A stretch of 52,468 nt of DNA from an uncultured Flavobacteriaceae bacterium (GTDB lineage Bacteria > Bacteroidota > Bacteroidia > Flavobacteriales > Flavobacteriaceae). Below, piece by piece: positions 38,975 through 49,863 of this stretch. Below the pieces are notes generated by a model. It saw only the letters and a program-made list of their open reading frames with translations. It did no database searches and was not told the DNA's origin. Every line of letters starts with the position of its first letter. Position 1 is the stretch's first letter. Both the position numbers and the translations under genes were made by a program. The stretch is from contig CAYGUO010000001.1 in assembly GCA_964353095.1 (NCBI GenBank), positions 1-52,468 on the forward strand, in the 5' to 3' direction.

Positions 38975-41128
38975 TTAATCTTTAAACTCTTTTACAACGG
39001 TTTGGTTGGGCAATTCATCAAAGCCCATATTGAATAAGGTAAAACCAAAAATATCGGCATATTGCTCAATGGTTTTACTTACTGGAGTGCCAGCACCATG
39101 GCCCGCATTCGTTTCTATTCGAATCAATGTAGGATTTGTTCCAGATTGTTTTTCTTGCAGTTCTGCTGCAAATTTAAAACTATGCGCGGGTACTACACGA
39201 TCGTCATGGTCCCCCGTAGTGACTAAAGTGGCAGGATATTCAACACCTGCCTTTACATTATGCACAGGAGAATACCCTTTTAAATAGGCAAACATTTCTT
39301 CACTTTCTTCAGCAGTACCATAATCGTAGGCCCAGCCAGCACCAGCAGTAAAGGTGTGATAGCGAAGCATATCTAGAACCCCAACAGCAGGCAAAGCTAC
39401 CTGCATTAAATCGGGTCGCTGTGTCATGGTCGCACCAACTAAAAGACCTCCGTTAGAGCCTCCTCTAATCGCTAAATATTCTTTTGAAGTGTATTTGTTT
39501 GCTATTAAATATTCTGCCGCGGCGATAAAGTCGTCGAACACATTTTGTTTTTGTGTTTTAGTACCGGCATCGTGCCATTTTTTACCATATTCGCCACCAC
39601 CACGAAGGTTGGGTACTGCATAAACACCACCTTGCTCCATCCAAACGGCATTGGTAATACTAAATGATGGGGTCAAACTAATATTGAAGCCACCATAACC
39701 GTAGAGGATTGTTGGGTTCTTTCCATTCAGTTCAACACCTTTTTTATGGGTAATGATCATAGGTACTTTGGTGCCATCTTTTGACTCAAAAAACACTTGC
39801 GTAGATTCGTAATCTGAAGGGTTGAAATCAATTTCAGGTTTCCAATACTGTTCGTATTCCCCAGTTTCTACATTGTATTTGAAAGAGGATCCCGGAGTGC
39901 TATAATTGGTAAAGGAAAAATAGAACTCTTTATCTTCTTTTTTTCCGCCAAAACCACCAGCGCTCCCAACGCCAGGTAGTGCTACCTCACGAACAAGTTT
40001 GCCATCAAAATCATATTGGTACACTTTAGAAATAGCATCTACCATATATTCTGTAAAGAAGTAGCCACCACCACTGCCAGCGGTAAGTACATTTTCGGTT
40101 TCCGGAATAAAATCAGTCCAGTTCTCTGGCGCAGGATTGGCTGCATCGGTTACAACGATTTTTTTGTTTGGCGCATCCATATTAGTGACCAAAAACAACT
40201 TGGAACCCTCATTTTCCATAACGTAGGTATCTGTATCGGTATGGCCTAAAATAGTGATCAATTCACTTTTTGGCTTAGAGAGGTCTTTTAAGAACAACTT
40301 GTTGCCGGATGTAGATGTTGATGCGGAAATATATAAATAACGCTCATCTTCCGACAAACGGCCGCCAATATAGCGGTGCTTTTGTTCTGGGGTACCCCCA
40401 AAAATCAATTCGTCCTCAGATTGGGGCGTGCCAATTTTATGATAGTACAGTTTGTGCTGGTCTGTTTTGGCAGAAAGTTCGCTTCCTTTTGGTTTGTCAT
40501 AACTGCTATAATAAAAACCTTCGTTACCTTTCCATGCTACGCCGCTAAATTTAATATCGACCAAGGTATCCTCTACCTGTTCCATGGTCTCTGCATTGAT
40601 AACGATTGCTTTCCGCCAATCACTGCCACCTTCAGAAATTAGGTAGGCAGCCATGGTACCGTCTTTAGTAAAACTCAAACCTGCCAAAGAGGTGGTTCCA
40701 TCTTCAGAAAATGTATTTGGATTTAGAAAAACTTCAGCTTCACCATCCCCTTGTTTGCGATAGACCACATACTGGTTTTGTAGTCCATCATTTTTATAGA
40801 AATAGGTGTAGTTACCCTCTTTGAACGGAGAACCTAGTTTTTCATAGTTCCAGAGTTTTTCTAATCGATTTTTTAAATCTTCTCTAAATGGAATACTATC
40901 CAAATACCCAAAGGTGGTTTTGTTCTGTGTTTTTACCCAGGCTTCGGTTTCTGCGCTTCGGTCATCTTCTAGCCAACGGTAAGGGTCATTTACTTCAGTT
41001 CCGAAATAGGTATCTACGGTATCAACTTTTTGTGTAGTAGGATAATTCACAACTATGGGTTCTCTCTTTTTTTCAGTTTGACAAGCAACAAAGATAAGGG
41101 CTGCCGATAGGATGGTAAGTTTTTTCAT
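38975..41128 (-). CDS. Prolyl oligopeptidase (peptidase S9A), lipoprotein
   Basis: Start moved to ATG 41128 ([16 protein letters not shown]). [20 protein letters not shown] nucleophile, HDDRV, AGHGAG. Confidence 0.95.
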   Translation of the reverse strand: MKKLTILSAALIFVACQTEKKREPIVVNYPTTQKVDTVDTYFGTEVNDPYRWLEDDRSAETEAWVKTQNKTTFGYLDSIPFREDLKNRLEKLWNYEKLGSPFKEGNYTYFYKNDGLQNQYVVYRKQGDGEAEVFLNPNTFSEDGTTSLAGLSFTKDGTMAAYLISEGGSDWRKAIVINAETMEQVEDTLVDIKFSGVAWKGNEGFYYSSYDKPKGSELSAKTDQHKLYYHKIGTPQSEDELIFGGTPEQKHRYIGGRLSEDERYLYISASTSTSGNKLFLKDLSKPKSELITILGHTDTDTYVMENEGSKLFLVTNMDAPNKKIVVTDAANPAPENWTDFIPETENVLTAGSGGGYFFTEYMVDAISKVYQYDFDGKLVREVALPGVGSAGGFGGKKEDKEFYFSFTNYSTPGSSFKYNVETGEYEQYWKPEIDFNPSDYESTQVFFESKDGTKVPMIITHKKGVELNGKNPTILYGYGGFNISLTPSFSITNAVWMEQGGVYAVPNLRGGGEYGKKWHDAGTKTQKQNVFDDFIAAAEYLIANKYTSKEYLAIRGGSNGGLLVGATMTQRPDLMQVALPAVGVLDMLRYHTFTAGAGWAYDYGTAEESEEMFAYLKGYSPVHNVKAGVEYPATLVTTGDHDDRVVPAHSFKFAAELQEKQSGTNPTLIRIETNAGHGAGTPVSKTIEQYADIFGFTLFNMGFDELPNQTVVKEFKD

Positions 41129-41231
41129 TTGTAGTATAATTAGTCTCTCTAAAAATACCATAAAAGGGCTAAACCACCATTTAATAGTTTGAGGCTTAAC
41201 GTTTTTTAACGGTAATAATCGCTTCTCGATA

Positions 41232-41254
41232 CCTGCCCGTCCGGCAGGCGGGCA
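41232..41254. repeat. GC-rich palindrome (CCTGCC...GGCAGG type)
   Basis: CCTGCCCGTCCGGCAGGCGGGCA within otherwise AT-rich intergenic DNA. Confidence 0.55.
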
Positions 41255-41318
41255 TTTTTAATCATCCTGTCGTCAGATTGAAAACATTCAAAGTGAGCTA
41301 TACTATATCAATAATTGC

Positions 41319-42308
41319 TTAGACTAAACTATGCGCTACCAAATATTCCGCTATTTGAACGGCATTGGTAGCAGCACCTTTTCTAAGGTTGTCCGCTACA
41401 ATCCACATATTCAAGGTATTTCTTTGGGTTTCATCGCGGCGAATACGGCCTACAAAAACATCATCTTTATCATGCGCATAAATGGGCATGGGGTAGGTAT
41501 TGGTATCCGGATTATCCTGTACGGTTACTCCAGGGGTTTCACTCAACAATTTTCTTACCTCAGACAGGTCAAAATCGTTATGAAACTCCACATTTACAGA
41601 CTCTGAATGTCCGCCGGAAGTGGGAATACGAACCGCTGTCGCTGAAATGGAAAACTTACGGTCATCCAATATTTTTTGGGGTTCACGGGCTAATTTCATT
41701 TCCTCTTTGGTGTAGCCATTTTCTAAGAAAACATCACAATGTGGTAAGGCATTTCTGTTAATGGGATATGGGTATGCCATCTCACCTTTGATGCCTGCCA
41801 TTTCATTTTCCAATTGTTTTACGGCTTTTACCCCTGTACCCGAAACCGATTGATACGTAGAAACGATAACGCGCCTCATTTGATACTTTTTATGGAGTGG
41901 ATTTAATGCCATGACCAATTGTATGGTAGAGCAGTTTGGGTTGGCAATAATTTTATCGTCAGTAGTCAGTTCTGAAGCATTGATTTCCGGCACTATCAGT
42001 TTTTTGGTCGGGTCCATACGCCAAGCAGAGGAGTTGTCCACGACCGTGGTGCCCACTTCGGCAAATTTAGGTGCCCATTCGAGTGAGGTGTCGCCACCAG
42101 CAGAAAAAATGGCAATTTGTGGTTTTGCTGCTACGGCATCAGCTAGGCCTATGATGGTGTGTTCTTCGCCTTTATAAGCCAATTTTTTACCTACAGAACG
42201 TTCTGAGGCCACCAAAAGCAATTCCGTAATCGGAAAATTACGTTCTGCCAATACTTTTAACATTACTTCGCCCACCATACCTGTGGCGCCTACAACCGCT
42301 ACTTTCAT
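41319..42308 (-). CDS. asd: Aspartate-semialdehyde dehydrogenase
   Basis: VGATGMVG, DNSSAWRM, IIANPNCSTIQ, TYQSVSGTG, DNLRKGAATN. Confidence 0.97.
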   Translation of the reverse strand: MKVAVVGATGMVGEVMLKVLAERNFPITELLLVASERSVGKKLAYKGEEHTIIGLADAVAAKPQIAIFSAGGDTSLEWAPKFAEVGTTVVDNSSAWRMDPTKKLIVPEINASELTTDDKIIANPNCSTIQLVMALNPLHKKYQMRRVIVSTYQSVSGTGVKAVKQLENEMAGIKGEMAYPYPINRNALPHCDVFLENGYTKEEMKLAREPQKILDDRKFSISATAVRIPTSGGHSESVNVEFHNDFDLSEVRKLLSETPGVTVQDNPDTNTYPMPIYAHDKDDVFVGRIRRDETQRNTLNMWIVADNLRKGAATNAVQIAEYLVAHSLV

Positions 42309-42328
42309 CTGTACTTTGATTTAAGCTG

Positions 42329-42358
42329 CAAAGGTAATTTTACCTTTTACTCTGGCAA
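42329..42358 (-). promoter_or_regulatory. Bacteroidota housekeeping promoter (-33/-7) for asd
   Basis: Minus strand TTG (42356-42358), 19-bp spacer, TACCTTTG (42329-42336). Confidence 0.6.
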
Positions 42359-42493
42359 GTAAAAATTCTACAAAAAATCAAAATACAACAAATTGTTTTA
42401 TTTGTAACAATCCATAAATATCAAAATATGAACTAATGAAGCATGGAATAGGCGTGCTTTGGTTTAAGTCAAATTAATTTTGGAAGAAAGCTA

Positions 42494-43231
42494 TTATTCG
42501 TTTAATGTATTTATCTCCTTTTCTAATTTAATTACTAATTCTTTTATCTTTTTTTGAGTATCGGAATAATTTGAGATGGCAAAATTTCTATAGGTATTTG
42601 TCGCTGAAATGATATTGGTAATTTCCTTATTTTTTAATAAATTTTGATAGTCATTTGGTTCTAATACTATTTTCTTTTCTTTCAAATCCCATTCAAAATT
42701 TTTGCTAAAAAAAGGATTAACAACTTCACTTAAATAATTCTCAAATTGGTTTGCGAAAATATTTTGAATATACTTTAACTCCTGGTCATGAATATTAATG
42801 ATTTCAAATTTTATGTCATCATTAGTAATAAAAGATAGCCCTTCATTTTTTAAATTTTCAAATGCTGCCATATTGAAGGAGACCATTTGGTCATATTGAA
42901 GTATTACGAAAATTTGTTTAATCGTATCATTAAGATCTTTTTTACTTTTTATATGATTACTTAATCGCTCTCCAAATTTCAAAATTCTTTTATCAGATTC
43001 AATTCTTTCTTTTAAAATTAAGTCATTATCACGAAGTGAATTTTTAATCTGATTTAGATATTTTAATTCGGCCTGATCGTCTTTCCGTTCTTCATTCCAA
43101 TTATTTATTTGTAAAGCAATCAAAATTCCGATAACCACAAGGATAATTTCGCCAAAAGCATATTTAAAATACTTACCTGTTCTGTTTTTCATTAGTAAGT
43201 TTTGGCGAATTTTTCTAAAAACTTTTATCAT
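42494..43231 (-). CDS. DUF6090 family membrane-anchored protein
   Basis: MIKVFRKIRQNLL...KYFKYAFGEIILVVIGILIALQINNWNE signature; visibly more AT-rich than neighbours. Confidence 0.8.
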   Translation of the reverse strand: MIKVFRKIRQNLLMKNRTGKYFKYAFGEIILVVIGILIALQINNWNEERKDDQAELKYLNQIKNSLRDNDLILKERIESDKRILKFGERLSNHIKSKKDLNDTIKQIFVILQYDQMVSFNMAAFENLKNEGLSFITNDDIKFEIINIHDQELKYIQNIFANQFENYLSEVVNPFFSKNFEWDLKEKKIVLEPNDYQNLLKNKEITNIISATNTYRNFAISNYSDTQKKIKELVIKLEKEINTLNE

Positions 43232-43309
43232 TAGTTAGTAGTTGGTTTTAATGAATCAGAACAATTATTTATGATTATATTTCTTGAATCTCCTTAACTA
43301 AAATACCAC

Positions 43310-43344
43310 AAAAAACCGCTTGAGAGAATACTCCCAAGCGGCTT
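43310..43344 (-). terminator. Intrinsic terminator after mscL
   Basis: Minus strand GCCGCTTGGGAG-TATT-CTCTCAAGCGG followed by TTTTTT. Confidence 0.75.
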
Positions 43345-43395
43345 AAAGTTAAAAATGTGATGTAACGGCATCCTTAGAAAGGATGTTAATAATAA

Positions 43396-43797
43396 TTATT
43401 TTTTAAGGGCATCACGAATTTCAGCAAGCAATTCTTCTTGAGTTGGGCCTGCAGGTTCTGCTGGGGCCTCTTCTTCTTTCTTTTTCATGTTGTTGATACC
43501 TTTTATCATTAAGAACATGACAAAAGCAACAATGATAAAGTCAAGAACACTGGTTAAAAAAGTACCATACTCTAAATACAGCTCTCCTATCATTTCTCCA
43601 GCATCATTAGCTACACCGTCTCGTAGTTTCATTCGCATATCTTTAAAGTTTGTATCGAACAACAAACCGATTAATGGAGAAACAATTCCTCCAGTAAAAG
43701 CAGTGACCACCTCTTTAAAAGCAGCACCCATAACGAAACCTACGGCGATATCGACGAGGTTTCCTTTCATTGCAAATTCCTTAAATTCTTTAAGCAT
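43396..43797 (-). CDS. mscL: Large-conductance mechanosensitive channel
   Basis: MLKEFKEFAMKGNLVDIAVGFVMGAAF...LLAEIRDAL. Confidence 0.97.
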   Translation of the reverse strand: MLKEFKEFAMKGNLVDIAVGFVMGAAFKEVVTAFTGGIVSPLIGLLFDTNFKDMRMKLRDGVANDAGEMIGELYLEYGTFLTSVLDFIIVAFVMFLMIKGINNMKKKEEEAPAEPAGPTQEELLAEIRDALKK

Positions 43798-43877
43798 TGT
43801 ATTTATAGTTTAAGTGGTTAATACGTCGGCAATGTACAAAAAATCCAAATGAAATGTTAAGAGATAAAAACCGCACC

Positions 43878-44981
43878 CTATTTAACGACTCGTTTTACAC
43901 GTTGTGAGATGGCTGTTAAAACCTCATAAGAGATAGTATCAGCTGAATTTGCAAACTTTTCAGCAGAGATGCCTGCACCAAAAATAAGTACTTCGTCTCC
44001 TTCTTTACAGGTAATATCAGTAACATCAACCATGATCATATCCATACACACATTGCCCACAATTGGGGCTTTTTTGCCATTGACAAAAACAGCACCTTTT
44101 CCATGTCCGTATTGACGGCCTATGCCGTCGGCATGGCCAATAGGAAGCGTTGCGGTAAGTCGGTATCCATCAGAAGTAAACCCTCTATTATACCCTACAC
44201 TTTCACCCGGTTCAATTTTATGAATTTGCGAGATAATGGTTTTAAGGCTTGCAACAGGTTTTAGTGCTGCATCAATAGCAGCGTGGTTGCCATAGCCGTA
44301 TAAGCCAATTCCGCTTCTGACCATTTCGAATTGTGCTTCAGGATAGTTGATAATTCCGGAAGTATTCAAAATATGCCTCATAATAGGATATTTTAACTGA
44401 CCCTGTAATTCCGCAGCGGTTTTGGTAAAAGAAGTAATTTGGTTCAAACTAAAATCACGCTCCTTTTCGTCTTCAGATGCCGCTAGATGAGAGAACACAG
44501 ATTTAATTTTTAGCTCTTTTCGGCCATGGATGGACTTTAAAATATCATTTACATCACTTTCCCAAAATCCCAACCTATTCAATCCTGTATTTATTTTAAC
44601 GTGTACTGGATAATCAGTTTGCGCCTTGTTTTTAGCTGCTTCTAAGAATAATTTTAATATTCTTGGCGAATAGATACTGGGTTCGAGGCACCGATCTATA
44701 AGTTCTAAAAAATTAGTAGGTTGTGGATGTAGCACCAAAATAGGAGCGGTAATACCGGCATCACGCAATAAAACCCCTTCCTTTACATAGGCTACCGCAA
44801 AATAATCAATGCCTAAAGCTTCTAATTTTTTTGCTATGCTTACCATATCACTGCCATAGGCAAAGGCCTTAACAACCCCTAAAAATTTGGTTTTTGGCGC
44901 TAATTTTTTCTTTAAGTAGTTGAAATTGTGCGCTAATGCTGACAGGTCAATTTCGAGCGTAGTTTCTCCAATACTATTCAT
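43878..44981 (-). CDS. alr: Alanine racemase
   Basis: [12 protein letters not shown]-lysine motif, [24 protein letters not shown]. Start moved to ATG 44981, overlapping the tdk stop. Confidence 0.95.
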   Translation of the reverse strand: MNSIGETTLEIDLSALAHNFNYLKKKLAPKTKFLGVVKAFAYGSDMVSIAKKLEALGIDYFAVAYVKEGVLLRDAGITAPILVLHPQPTNFLELIDRCLEPSIYSPRILKLFLEAAKNKAQTDYPVHVKINTGLNRLGFWESDVNDILKSIHGRKELKIKSVFSHLAASEDEKERDFSLNQITSFTKTAAELQGQLKYPIMRHILNTSGIINYPEAQFEMVRSGIGLYGYGNHAAIDAALKPVASLKTIISQIHKIEPGESVGYNRGFTSDGYRLTATLPIGHADGIGRQYGHGKGAVFVNGKKAPIVGNVCMDMIMVDVTDITCKEGDEVLIFGAGISAEKFANSADTISYEVLTAISQRVKRVVK

Positions 44982-45618
44982 TGGATGCTTCCTTTTTTGA
45001 TTCAATAGGCTCTACATCAACATCCATATCTTTTACCCTTTCTTTTAACATGGCCTTGTAAAATGCAGCGCGGCTCAAGGGTTCGTAATCTTCGGTTTCT
45101 CCCAGTAGCACCAGATTGTCATTATTGGATTTTCTAAAACTATAACTGGCTAAATTTCCTGTTCTTGTGCAAACAGCGTGCACTTTAGTAACATATTCGG
45201 CAGTAGCCATGAGTGCTGGCATGGGCCCAAAAGGGTTGCCTTTAAAATCCATATCCAATCCTGCAACCACCACTCGGACACCGCGATTGGCCAAATCATT
45301 ACATACCGTTACGATTTCATCATCAAAAAATTGGGCTTCGTCAATACCCACCACATCACAATCATCTGCTAAAAGTCGAATATTGGCAGCGGCGGGAACA
45401 GGGGTAGAGCGAATTTCATTGGCATCATGCGAGACCACCATTTCCTCATTATAACGGGTATCTACCTGAGGCTTAAAAATTTCTACTTTTTGTTTTGCAA
45501 ATTTTGCCCTTTTGAGTCTTCTGATAAGTTCTTCTGTTTTACCTGAAAACATAGAACCGCAGATGACTTCGATCCATCCAAACTGTTCTTTAGGGTTTAC
45601 TGTGTTTTCAAGAAACAT
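44974..45618 (-). CDS. tdk: Thymidine kinase
   Basis: [36 protein letters not shown]. Confidence 0.97.
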   Translation of the reverse strand: MFLENTVNPKEQFGWIEVICGSMFSGKTEELIRRLKRAKFAKQKVEIFKPQVDTRYNEEMVVSHDANEIRSTPVPAAANIRLLADDCDVVGIDEAQFFDDEIVTVCNDLANRGVRVVVAGLDMDFKGNPFGPMPALMATAEYVTKVHAVCTRTGNLASYSFRKSNNDNLVLLGETEDYEPLSRAAFYKAMLKERVKDMDVDVEPIESKKEASNE

Positions 45619-45777
45619 ATTGTACTTTTAAACGAAAATAAAGGGTTTCTTCGTTGTTATTTAAGAAGAACTAAAATTAGTAAAAAAATATGCCTTTTCA
45701 CCTTCTTTAGTTTTAACCTTTTATTTTTAAAATGGTATTGATTTAGGCATTACATTTATACTTAAACAGATAGACAG

Positions 45778-46458
45778 ATGAAACGTAAGTTAAGGGAAGA
45801 ATTGGTCAAACTATCCACAGATATAATTACATCAAGGGAAGATAGAGAACTTACAGAATTGTATGAGGTTGCAAAAACCTTGTACGAAAAACTTGCCGTG
45901 TTGAAATTCATCGATGAAAACTTGAAAGATGTTGAAGTAGATGTCTCCAAGAATGTACTGGCTGCGCGTTTTGAAAAAATGGCGGGAGCTGTAATGAACG
46001 AGAATAGGAAAGTGCCCGAAAGTAACCCGCACGAAGAAGATATTATTACCCCGGGTATGGATACCATTAAAGGAATGGTTTCTGAAATGCCCACGGAGGC
46101 GCTTGAATATATTTTTGGTGATTTTATTGCAAAGCCGGAGACGATGAAGAGTGATAAAGAACTGCTTTCGCCAGAGCCAACAAAGGAAAATACTGTTGCT
46201 AAAAATCAATCTTTAAATGATAAGCTAAACAAAGATTTACAGATTGGTTTAAACGATAAATTAGCCTTTGTCAAGCATTTGTTCAATAACAACATGGAAG
46301 ACTATACTAGAGTGCTTTCACAATTAACTACAATTGACACGGAGGAACGTTCATTGGCATTCATTAATAATATGGTGAAGCCAGAATATAATAATTGGGA
46401 AGGTAAAGAGGAGTATGCGGAACGGTTTATGGCTTTAATTGAGCGCAAGTTTGCCTAG
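45778..46458 (+). CDS. Hypothetical protein (likely conserved in Flavobacteriaceae)
   Basis: 226 aa ORF divergent from tdk; C-terminal SLNDKL..IGLNDKLAFVKHLF motif. Confidence 0.75.
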   Translation: MKRKLREELVKLSTDIITSREDRELTELYEVAKTLYEKLAVLKFIDENLKDVEVDVSKNVLAARFEKMAGAVMNENRKVPESNPHEEDIITPGMDTIKGMVSEMPTEALEYIFGDFIAKPETMKSDKELLSPEPTKENTVAKNQSLNDKLNKDLQIGLNDKLAFVKHLFNNNMEDYTRVLSQLTTIDTEERSLAFINNMVKPEYNNWEGKEEYAERFMALIERKFA

Positions 46459-46530
46459 GTATGAGGTCAACCCTGAAAGTTAAAAAGAATTCATTTTGTA
46501 CATTGAACTAAGCTAACGAATTGAAAAGTC

Positions 46531-46884
46531 ATGTTTAAAAAAATTCTTTTTTGGGTGTCAACCGGGTTTTTGACATTAATTATGCTCTTTTCGGTTTACA
46601 ACTACTTTTTCAACAATGAGCTAATTGTTGGTTTTTTTGAGAACATGGGGTATCCTGTATATCTTATTTATCCCCTTGCAATAGCAAAAGTTTTAGGATT
46701 GGTTGCCGTTTGGGGTAATTTTTCCAGATCACTTAAAGAATGGGCGTATGCTGGCTTTTTTTTCAATGTAGTTCTTGCCTTTTTTGCGCATTATATGGTC
46801 AGTGATGGGGAACATTTGGGAGCTGCTATTGCCACGATTGCGGTATTAATCTCTTATTTGACCGGTAAGGAAGTAAGACCTTAA
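46531..46884 (+). CDS. DoxX-like family membrane protein
   Basis: Four TM segments; GYPVY, AKVLG, LKEWAYAG. Confidence 0.85.
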   Translation: MFKKILFWVSTGFLTLIMLFSVYNYFFNNELIVGFFENMGYPVYLIYPLAIAKVLGLVAVWGNFSRSLKEWAYAGFFFNVVLAFFAHYMVSDGEHLGAAIATIAVLISYLTGKEVRP

Positions 46885-46889
46885 CTTTG
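46857..46889 (+). promoter_or_regulatory. Bacteroidota housekeeping promoter directly upstream of rsmI
   Basis: TTTG (46857-46860), 21-bp spacer, TAACTTTG (46882-46889), 4 nt before the ATG. Confidence 0.55.
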
Positions 46890-46893
46890 CTTT

Positions 46894-47565
46894 ATGGGGA
46901 AGCTATTCTTGGTGCCTACACCAATTGGGAATTTACAGGATATTACGTTGCGTGCCATTACGGTACTTAAAGAGGCTGATTTAATTTTGGCCGAAGACAC
47001 GCGAACAAGTGGAAAGCTGCTACAGCATTTTGAGATTACTACACAGATGCATAGCCATCACATGCACAATGAGCATAAAACAATCGATAATCTAATCAAA
47101 AGATTAAAACAGGGAGATACGGTTGCCCTGATTTCTGATGCAGGGACTCCAGCAATTTCAGACCCAGGATTTTTATTGACCCGGGCATGTGTGGAGCATA
47201 ATATAACGGTAGAGTGCCTGCCAGGTGCTACCGCTTTTGTACCCGCCTTGGTCAATAGCGGATTGCCAAATGACCGTTTTGTTTTTGAGGGATTTTTACC
47301 AGTTAAAAAAGGACGGCAAACCCGATTAGAGTTTTTGGCCTCAGAAACACGAACGATGATTTTTTATGAGTCGCCACATAAACTGGTAAAGACCTTAACT
47401 CAATTTTCTGAGCATTTTGGTAATGATAGGCCAGTTTCCATATCTCGTGAATTGACCAAATTATATGAAGAAACTATTCGTGGAACGATAGCTGAAGTTT
47501 TGGAACACTTTACCCAAAAGCCACCCAAGGGAGAGTTTGTTCTTGTGGTTGGCGGAAAGAAATAA
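46894..47565 (+). CDS. rsmI: 16S rRNA (cytidine1402-2'-O)-methyltransferase
   Basis: LFLVPTPIGNLQDIT, AEDTR, SDAGTPAISDPG, FYESPH, RELTK. Confidence 0.97.
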   Translation: MGKLFLVPTPIGNLQDITLRAITVLKEADLILAEDTRTSGKLLQHFEITTQMHSHHMHNEHKTIDNLIKRLKQGDTVALISDAGTPAISDPGFLLTRACVEHNITVECLPGATAFVPALVNSGLPNDRFVFEGFLPVKKGRQTRLEFLASETRTMIFYESPHKLVKTLTQFSEHFGNDRPVSISRELTKLYEETIRGTIAEVLEHFTQKPPKGEFVLVVGGKK

Positions 47566-47596
47566 AGACTATATTTAGTTGGTTAATTTGCCAACA

Positions 47597-48628
47597 ATGA
47601 AAACGAATGTACTTTCCCTACTTGCAATTTTTTGTTTTGCAGCAGCCTTCTCTCAAGAAGCTATTAAAACCAATTTAGACCTAGTATCACTAGAAAGTGG
47701 TAAAGTTCATAAATTATGGTTGAAATTAGGAGAGAATGAGCTATCAAACCCTGTTATGGTTCCAATTTTAATAGCAAAAGGGGAGTTCGAGGGTGGGGTA
47801 ATGGGGCTTACCGCAGCAATTCATGGCAACGAACTCAACGGTATTGCTATTATACACGAACTATTCGAGCAGATTGATACAAAAAACCTTAAAGGAACTA
47901 TCATTGGAATACCAGGATTAAACACCTTGGCAATTTCCAATAACCAAAGGGAATTTATTGATGGGGTCGATTTGAACCGTATTTTTCCGGGTAAGGTAAA
48001 CGGAAATGGCTCGGAACAAATGGCCTATCAAATTGGCAAAAAGATTATTCCTCTTTTTGATTATCATATTGATTTACATACGGCAAGCTTTGGTCGGGTT
48101 AATAGTCTTTATGGACGCGGCGATATGCAAAACGATACCCTAGCAAAAATGCTTCATGTATTGCAACCAGACATTATTGTCTCAAATAAAGGTAAGGCTA
48201 GCTTTGGTTCTGCATCAGGGTTGACCATGAGGGCATTTGCAATTAATAATGGGGTGAAATCGATAACCATGGAGTACGGTAATCCTCAGGTATTTCAAAA
48301 AGAAATGGTTTCCCGTGGTGTAGACGGTCTTCAAAATCTATTAAAGTATTTAGGCTTTGTATCAGGCGAAATAGTTAGTCAGAAAGTGGAGAATGTTTGT
48401 TCCAAATCGTATTGGATTTACACAGATAAAGGAGGTTACTTAGATATTAAGGTGAACCTCAATCAAAAATTACAAAAAGATGAGACTATTGCACTTTTAA
48501 GAAATCCTTTTGGAGAATTAATAGCGACCTACAAAGCTCCAGAAGCGGGTATTGTTGTGGGAAAAAGCACAAACCCGGTAAATAAATCAGGCGGTAGAAT
48601 TATTCATCTTGGTATTTTGGAGAAATGA
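47597..48628 (+). CDS. Succinylglutamate desuccinylase/aspartoacylase-like (M14) metallohydrolase with signal peptide
   Basis: AAIHGNELNG, DLNRIFPG, IDLHT, EYG, C-terminal biotinyl-like domain. Start moved to ATG 47597. Confidence 0.88.
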   Translation: MKTNVLSLLAIFCFAAAFSQEAIKTNLDLVSLESGKVHKLWLKLGENELSNPVMVPILIAKGEFEGGVMGLTAAIHGNELNGIAIIHELFEQIDTKNLKGTIIGIPGLNTLAISNNQREFIDGVDLNRIFPGKVNGNGSEQMAYQIGKKIIPLFDYHIDLHTASFGRVNSLYGRGDMQNDTLAKMLHVLQPDIIVSNKGKASFGSASGLTMRAFAINNGVKSITMEYGNPQVFQKEMVSRGVDGLQNLLKYLGFVSGEIVSQKVENVCSKSYWIYTDKGGYLDIKVNLNQKLQKDETIALLRNPFGELIATYKAPEAGIVVGKSTNPVNKSGGRIIHLGILEK

Positions 48629-49752
48629 TAACACCTTGGATTATAACGGTTTTTACCGTACTAATGGTTTATTACTTAGACCGTTGGGAAAACAAGCACA
48701 TAAAATCTTTGTTTGATTGGGTGCCAGCTATATTATTGGCATATGTAATTCCTGCTTTAGTATCCTATTTTTTTTCATTGGATTATTCCCAAGCAGAAAT
48801 TCACAATTTTAGTAAAGCCTATTTTATCCCTTTAGCCATACTTTCTGTAATGGCCAGCTTATCGCTAGGGCAATTAAAGGCAATTGGGTATAGACCAATT
48901 TTAGTGTTTTTGGCGGGATCGGTTTTTATTGCACTCTTTCCGGTACTTTTTATAGTTGTTTTTAAGCAGACTGATTTGGTGGCTAACACTTTTGGTGTAA
49001 ATGGTTTTTGGAAAGGGATACCGCCAATAGTAGGTAGTTGGATCGGAGGTAGTACAAGTCAATTGGTGTTAAAAGAAATTGTGGAATGCCCCGAGGCTAT
49101 TTTTCTTTCTGTTTTGGTAATGGATAATATACTGGTCAATATCTGGACAATTTTGATGTTTCAAGGAATAAAAAAAAGTAATACGCTGAATACGTGGTTC
49201 AAGATAAGCGACAAAGAATTACCGGAAGATGTTCGAGATGAAAATCAAAAACCGATTTCAGTTTTTATAATGGTTGTAATCTTAATACTACTTGTACTGC
49301 TAACAAATTATTTGCTGACCAGTTTTGTTTGGAAGGTAGTGCTGCTTTCTATTTTGGGCTTGTTATTAGGGAATTTTTTGCCCCGATGGAACTTTAAATT
49401 CTCCCTTAAGGCGGGAGGGGTTTTGATTATTGTGGTCATGGCAGTTTTAGGATTAAAACTTCGTTTTGATGCTTTAGGTTTTGATATCTATTTTTTTGGG
49501 TTTTTAGTGGTTTGGCTTGTGGGACACTTTGTTTTTATGCTAATTATCGCAAAACTGCTCAACGTAAACATGGCATGGGTTCCTATTGCCAGTATGGCTA
49601 ATGTTGGCGGAATAGCCACAGCACCTGCCGTTACTGCTGCTTATGAAAAAAAATGGATGCCTCATGCTATTGTTTTAGCCATTTTAAGCATGGCAACTGG
49701 GACTTTTTGGGGTATGTTGACGATTTATCTTCTACAACTTTTTATTCAATAG
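48625..49752 (+). CDS. DUF819 family multi-pass membrane protein (putative transporter)
   Basis: About 10 TM segments; GSWIGGS and ASMANVGG motifs; ATGA overlap with the upstream gene. Confidence 0.8.
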   Translation: MITPWIITVFTVLMVYYLDRWENKHIKSLFDWVPAILLAYVIPALVSYFFSLDYSQAEIHNFSKAYFIPLAILSVMASLSLGQLKAIGYRPILVFLAGSVFIALFPVLFIVVFKQTDLVANTFGVNGFWKGIPPIVGSWIGGSTSQLVLKEIVECPEAIFLSVLVMDNILVNIWTILMFQGIKKSNTLNTWFKISDKELPEDVRDENQKPISVFIMVVILILLVLLTNYLLTSFVWKVVLLSILGLLLGNFLPRWNFKFSLKAGGVLIIVVMAVLGLKLRFDALGFDIYFFGFLVVWLVGHFVFMLIIAKLLNVNMAWVPIASMANVGGIATAPAVTAAYEKKWMPHAIVLAILSMATGTFWGMLTIYLLQLFIQ

Positions 49753-49863
49753 CGTCCTATGAAAAACACTTTTCATTGACCTGTCTATAATTCCGAAACC
49801 AATTTTGTTTGAGAAAAAACCCTTGGTTTGAAGAAGAGGCTATTCAAGGTCTTCGAGAAAAGG

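Noticed and set aside
43878-45618. tdk-alr overlap as an unusual fusion or frameshift
   Set aside because: An ordinary 8-bp overlap once alr starts at 44981; both proteins are complete.
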